Shown here: positions 40,721-41,634 of the stretch, in pieces
How the letters are laid out: each line of letters opens with the position of its first letter
Numbering within the stretch: the stretch's first letter is position 1
DNA from: Eledone cirrhosa
Taxonomy: Eukaryota
Length of the DNA stretch: 41,634 bases
NCBI GenBank assembly: GCA_964016885.1
Contig: CAXHJY010001506.1
Span: 1-41,634, forward strand
Reading direction: 5' to 3'
Translations under genes and position numbers: made by a program
The notes under the pieces: generated by a model
Seen by the model: only the letters and a program-made list of their open reading frames with translations
Databases searched by the model: none
Told to the model about the DNA's origin: nothing

Positions 40721-41634
40721 ATATACTATATATATGTACTATAATATGTACACACACTCACATATACATGCGCACATACGTACATATATATACACATACA
40801 CACATATACACATAGACATATACATGTGCATACATATACATACACCACATATACCCACATAAATACCATAGATACATATATATATACACATATATATACA
40901 TACATATATATACACACACATATATATATAATATATATATATATATCACACACAATCATACACCCTTATTTACTATGCGCACATATGTATTTTTTATACT
41001 CACATACAACAACACCCAAACATACATACCTACCCTACATATACATACATACATCCACGCTTACAAATACAAATAATAATAGTAGGGGTGGGAGGGGAGG
41101 AGGGGGGGGGGGGGAGAGGGGGATTATAGTAAATATAGGTTTCAAGAAACATAGAATAATAATCTGCATTTAGATCATATGTGTTTACATAGTAGTTTCA
41201 GTATTAGGAAATGCTAAGAAAGAGAAGGCAAAATTATGCATTTCAATATTAGTATATACCATTAATTATAGGTTAACTAAATTAAAGATAGTTAATATAT
41301 TGATTTCTAAGGTGTATACTACTTAGGTTTTATAATATTTGAAGCGAGAATTTTGAAGTTCTAAATAGTAGTAGAGTAAGTTAATTATAGTATAAACTAA
41401 ATTAAAAATTATTAACGTTATGGTATCAATATTAGGAAATGAATTTAGTAATAGGGAAAAAAAACAAATAAAGTATTACATCGGTAGTAGAATATAAATT
41501 ATAGGTTAACTAAATTAAAAATTATATATTAATTTCTATAGTATATGTTAATTAGGTTTATAATAATTAAAACAGATATTGTATTTTATCTATAGTAGAA
41601 TATAATTATAGGTAAACAGAAATTAAAATTAATA
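38421..41634 (-). mobile_element. Penelope-like element family A, copy A3 (3' UTR only, continues beyond the window), head-to-tail with A2
   Basis: Colinear with 32259-35270, including unique blocks, G-tracts and microsatellite pattern. Confidence 0.93.
38620..38776 (-). ncRNA. Type I hammerhead-like motif with extended stem II (copy A3)
   Basis: Same core and stem I as A1 and A2, with a 118-nt stem II. Predicted cut between 38630 and 38629. Confidence 0.78.

Overview
AT-rich eukaryotic DNA, probably from an invertebrate and possibly a cephalopod judging by a SINE fragment (inference). No host gene is recognisable. About half of the window is degenerate (TA)n/(TACA)n microsatellite with strong strand asymmetry and kb-scale higher-order duplications; all of the Ile/Tyr-rich ORFs in the track are artefacts of these arrays. 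Embedded in it are four minus-strand copies of two divergent families of Penelope-like retroelements (PLEs) with RT, a CxCx5Cx5C linker and a C-terminal GIY-YIG endonuclease (Hydra-clade-like). Family A has a ~6.2 kb unit with a 3.5-4.1 kb microsatellite-filled 3' UTR and three copies, two of them head-to-tail. Family B has a 3.93 kb unit with ~1.15 kb pseudo-LTRs and a 740-codon ORF broken by one TAA. Each copy carries a type I hammerhead-like ribozyme with a CUGAAGA core and palindromic loop III; in family A, stem II is an unusual ~115-nt hairpin. Both families share a short motif (TTGCTCC...GTTGAGCKCTTT) at the unit junction, with a compensatory base-pair change in family B. Also present: a CR1-group LINE 3' end, a 5'-inverted RTE LINE fragment, a tRNA-derived SINE head and two unexplained unique islands. 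All alignments and folds were done by eye.
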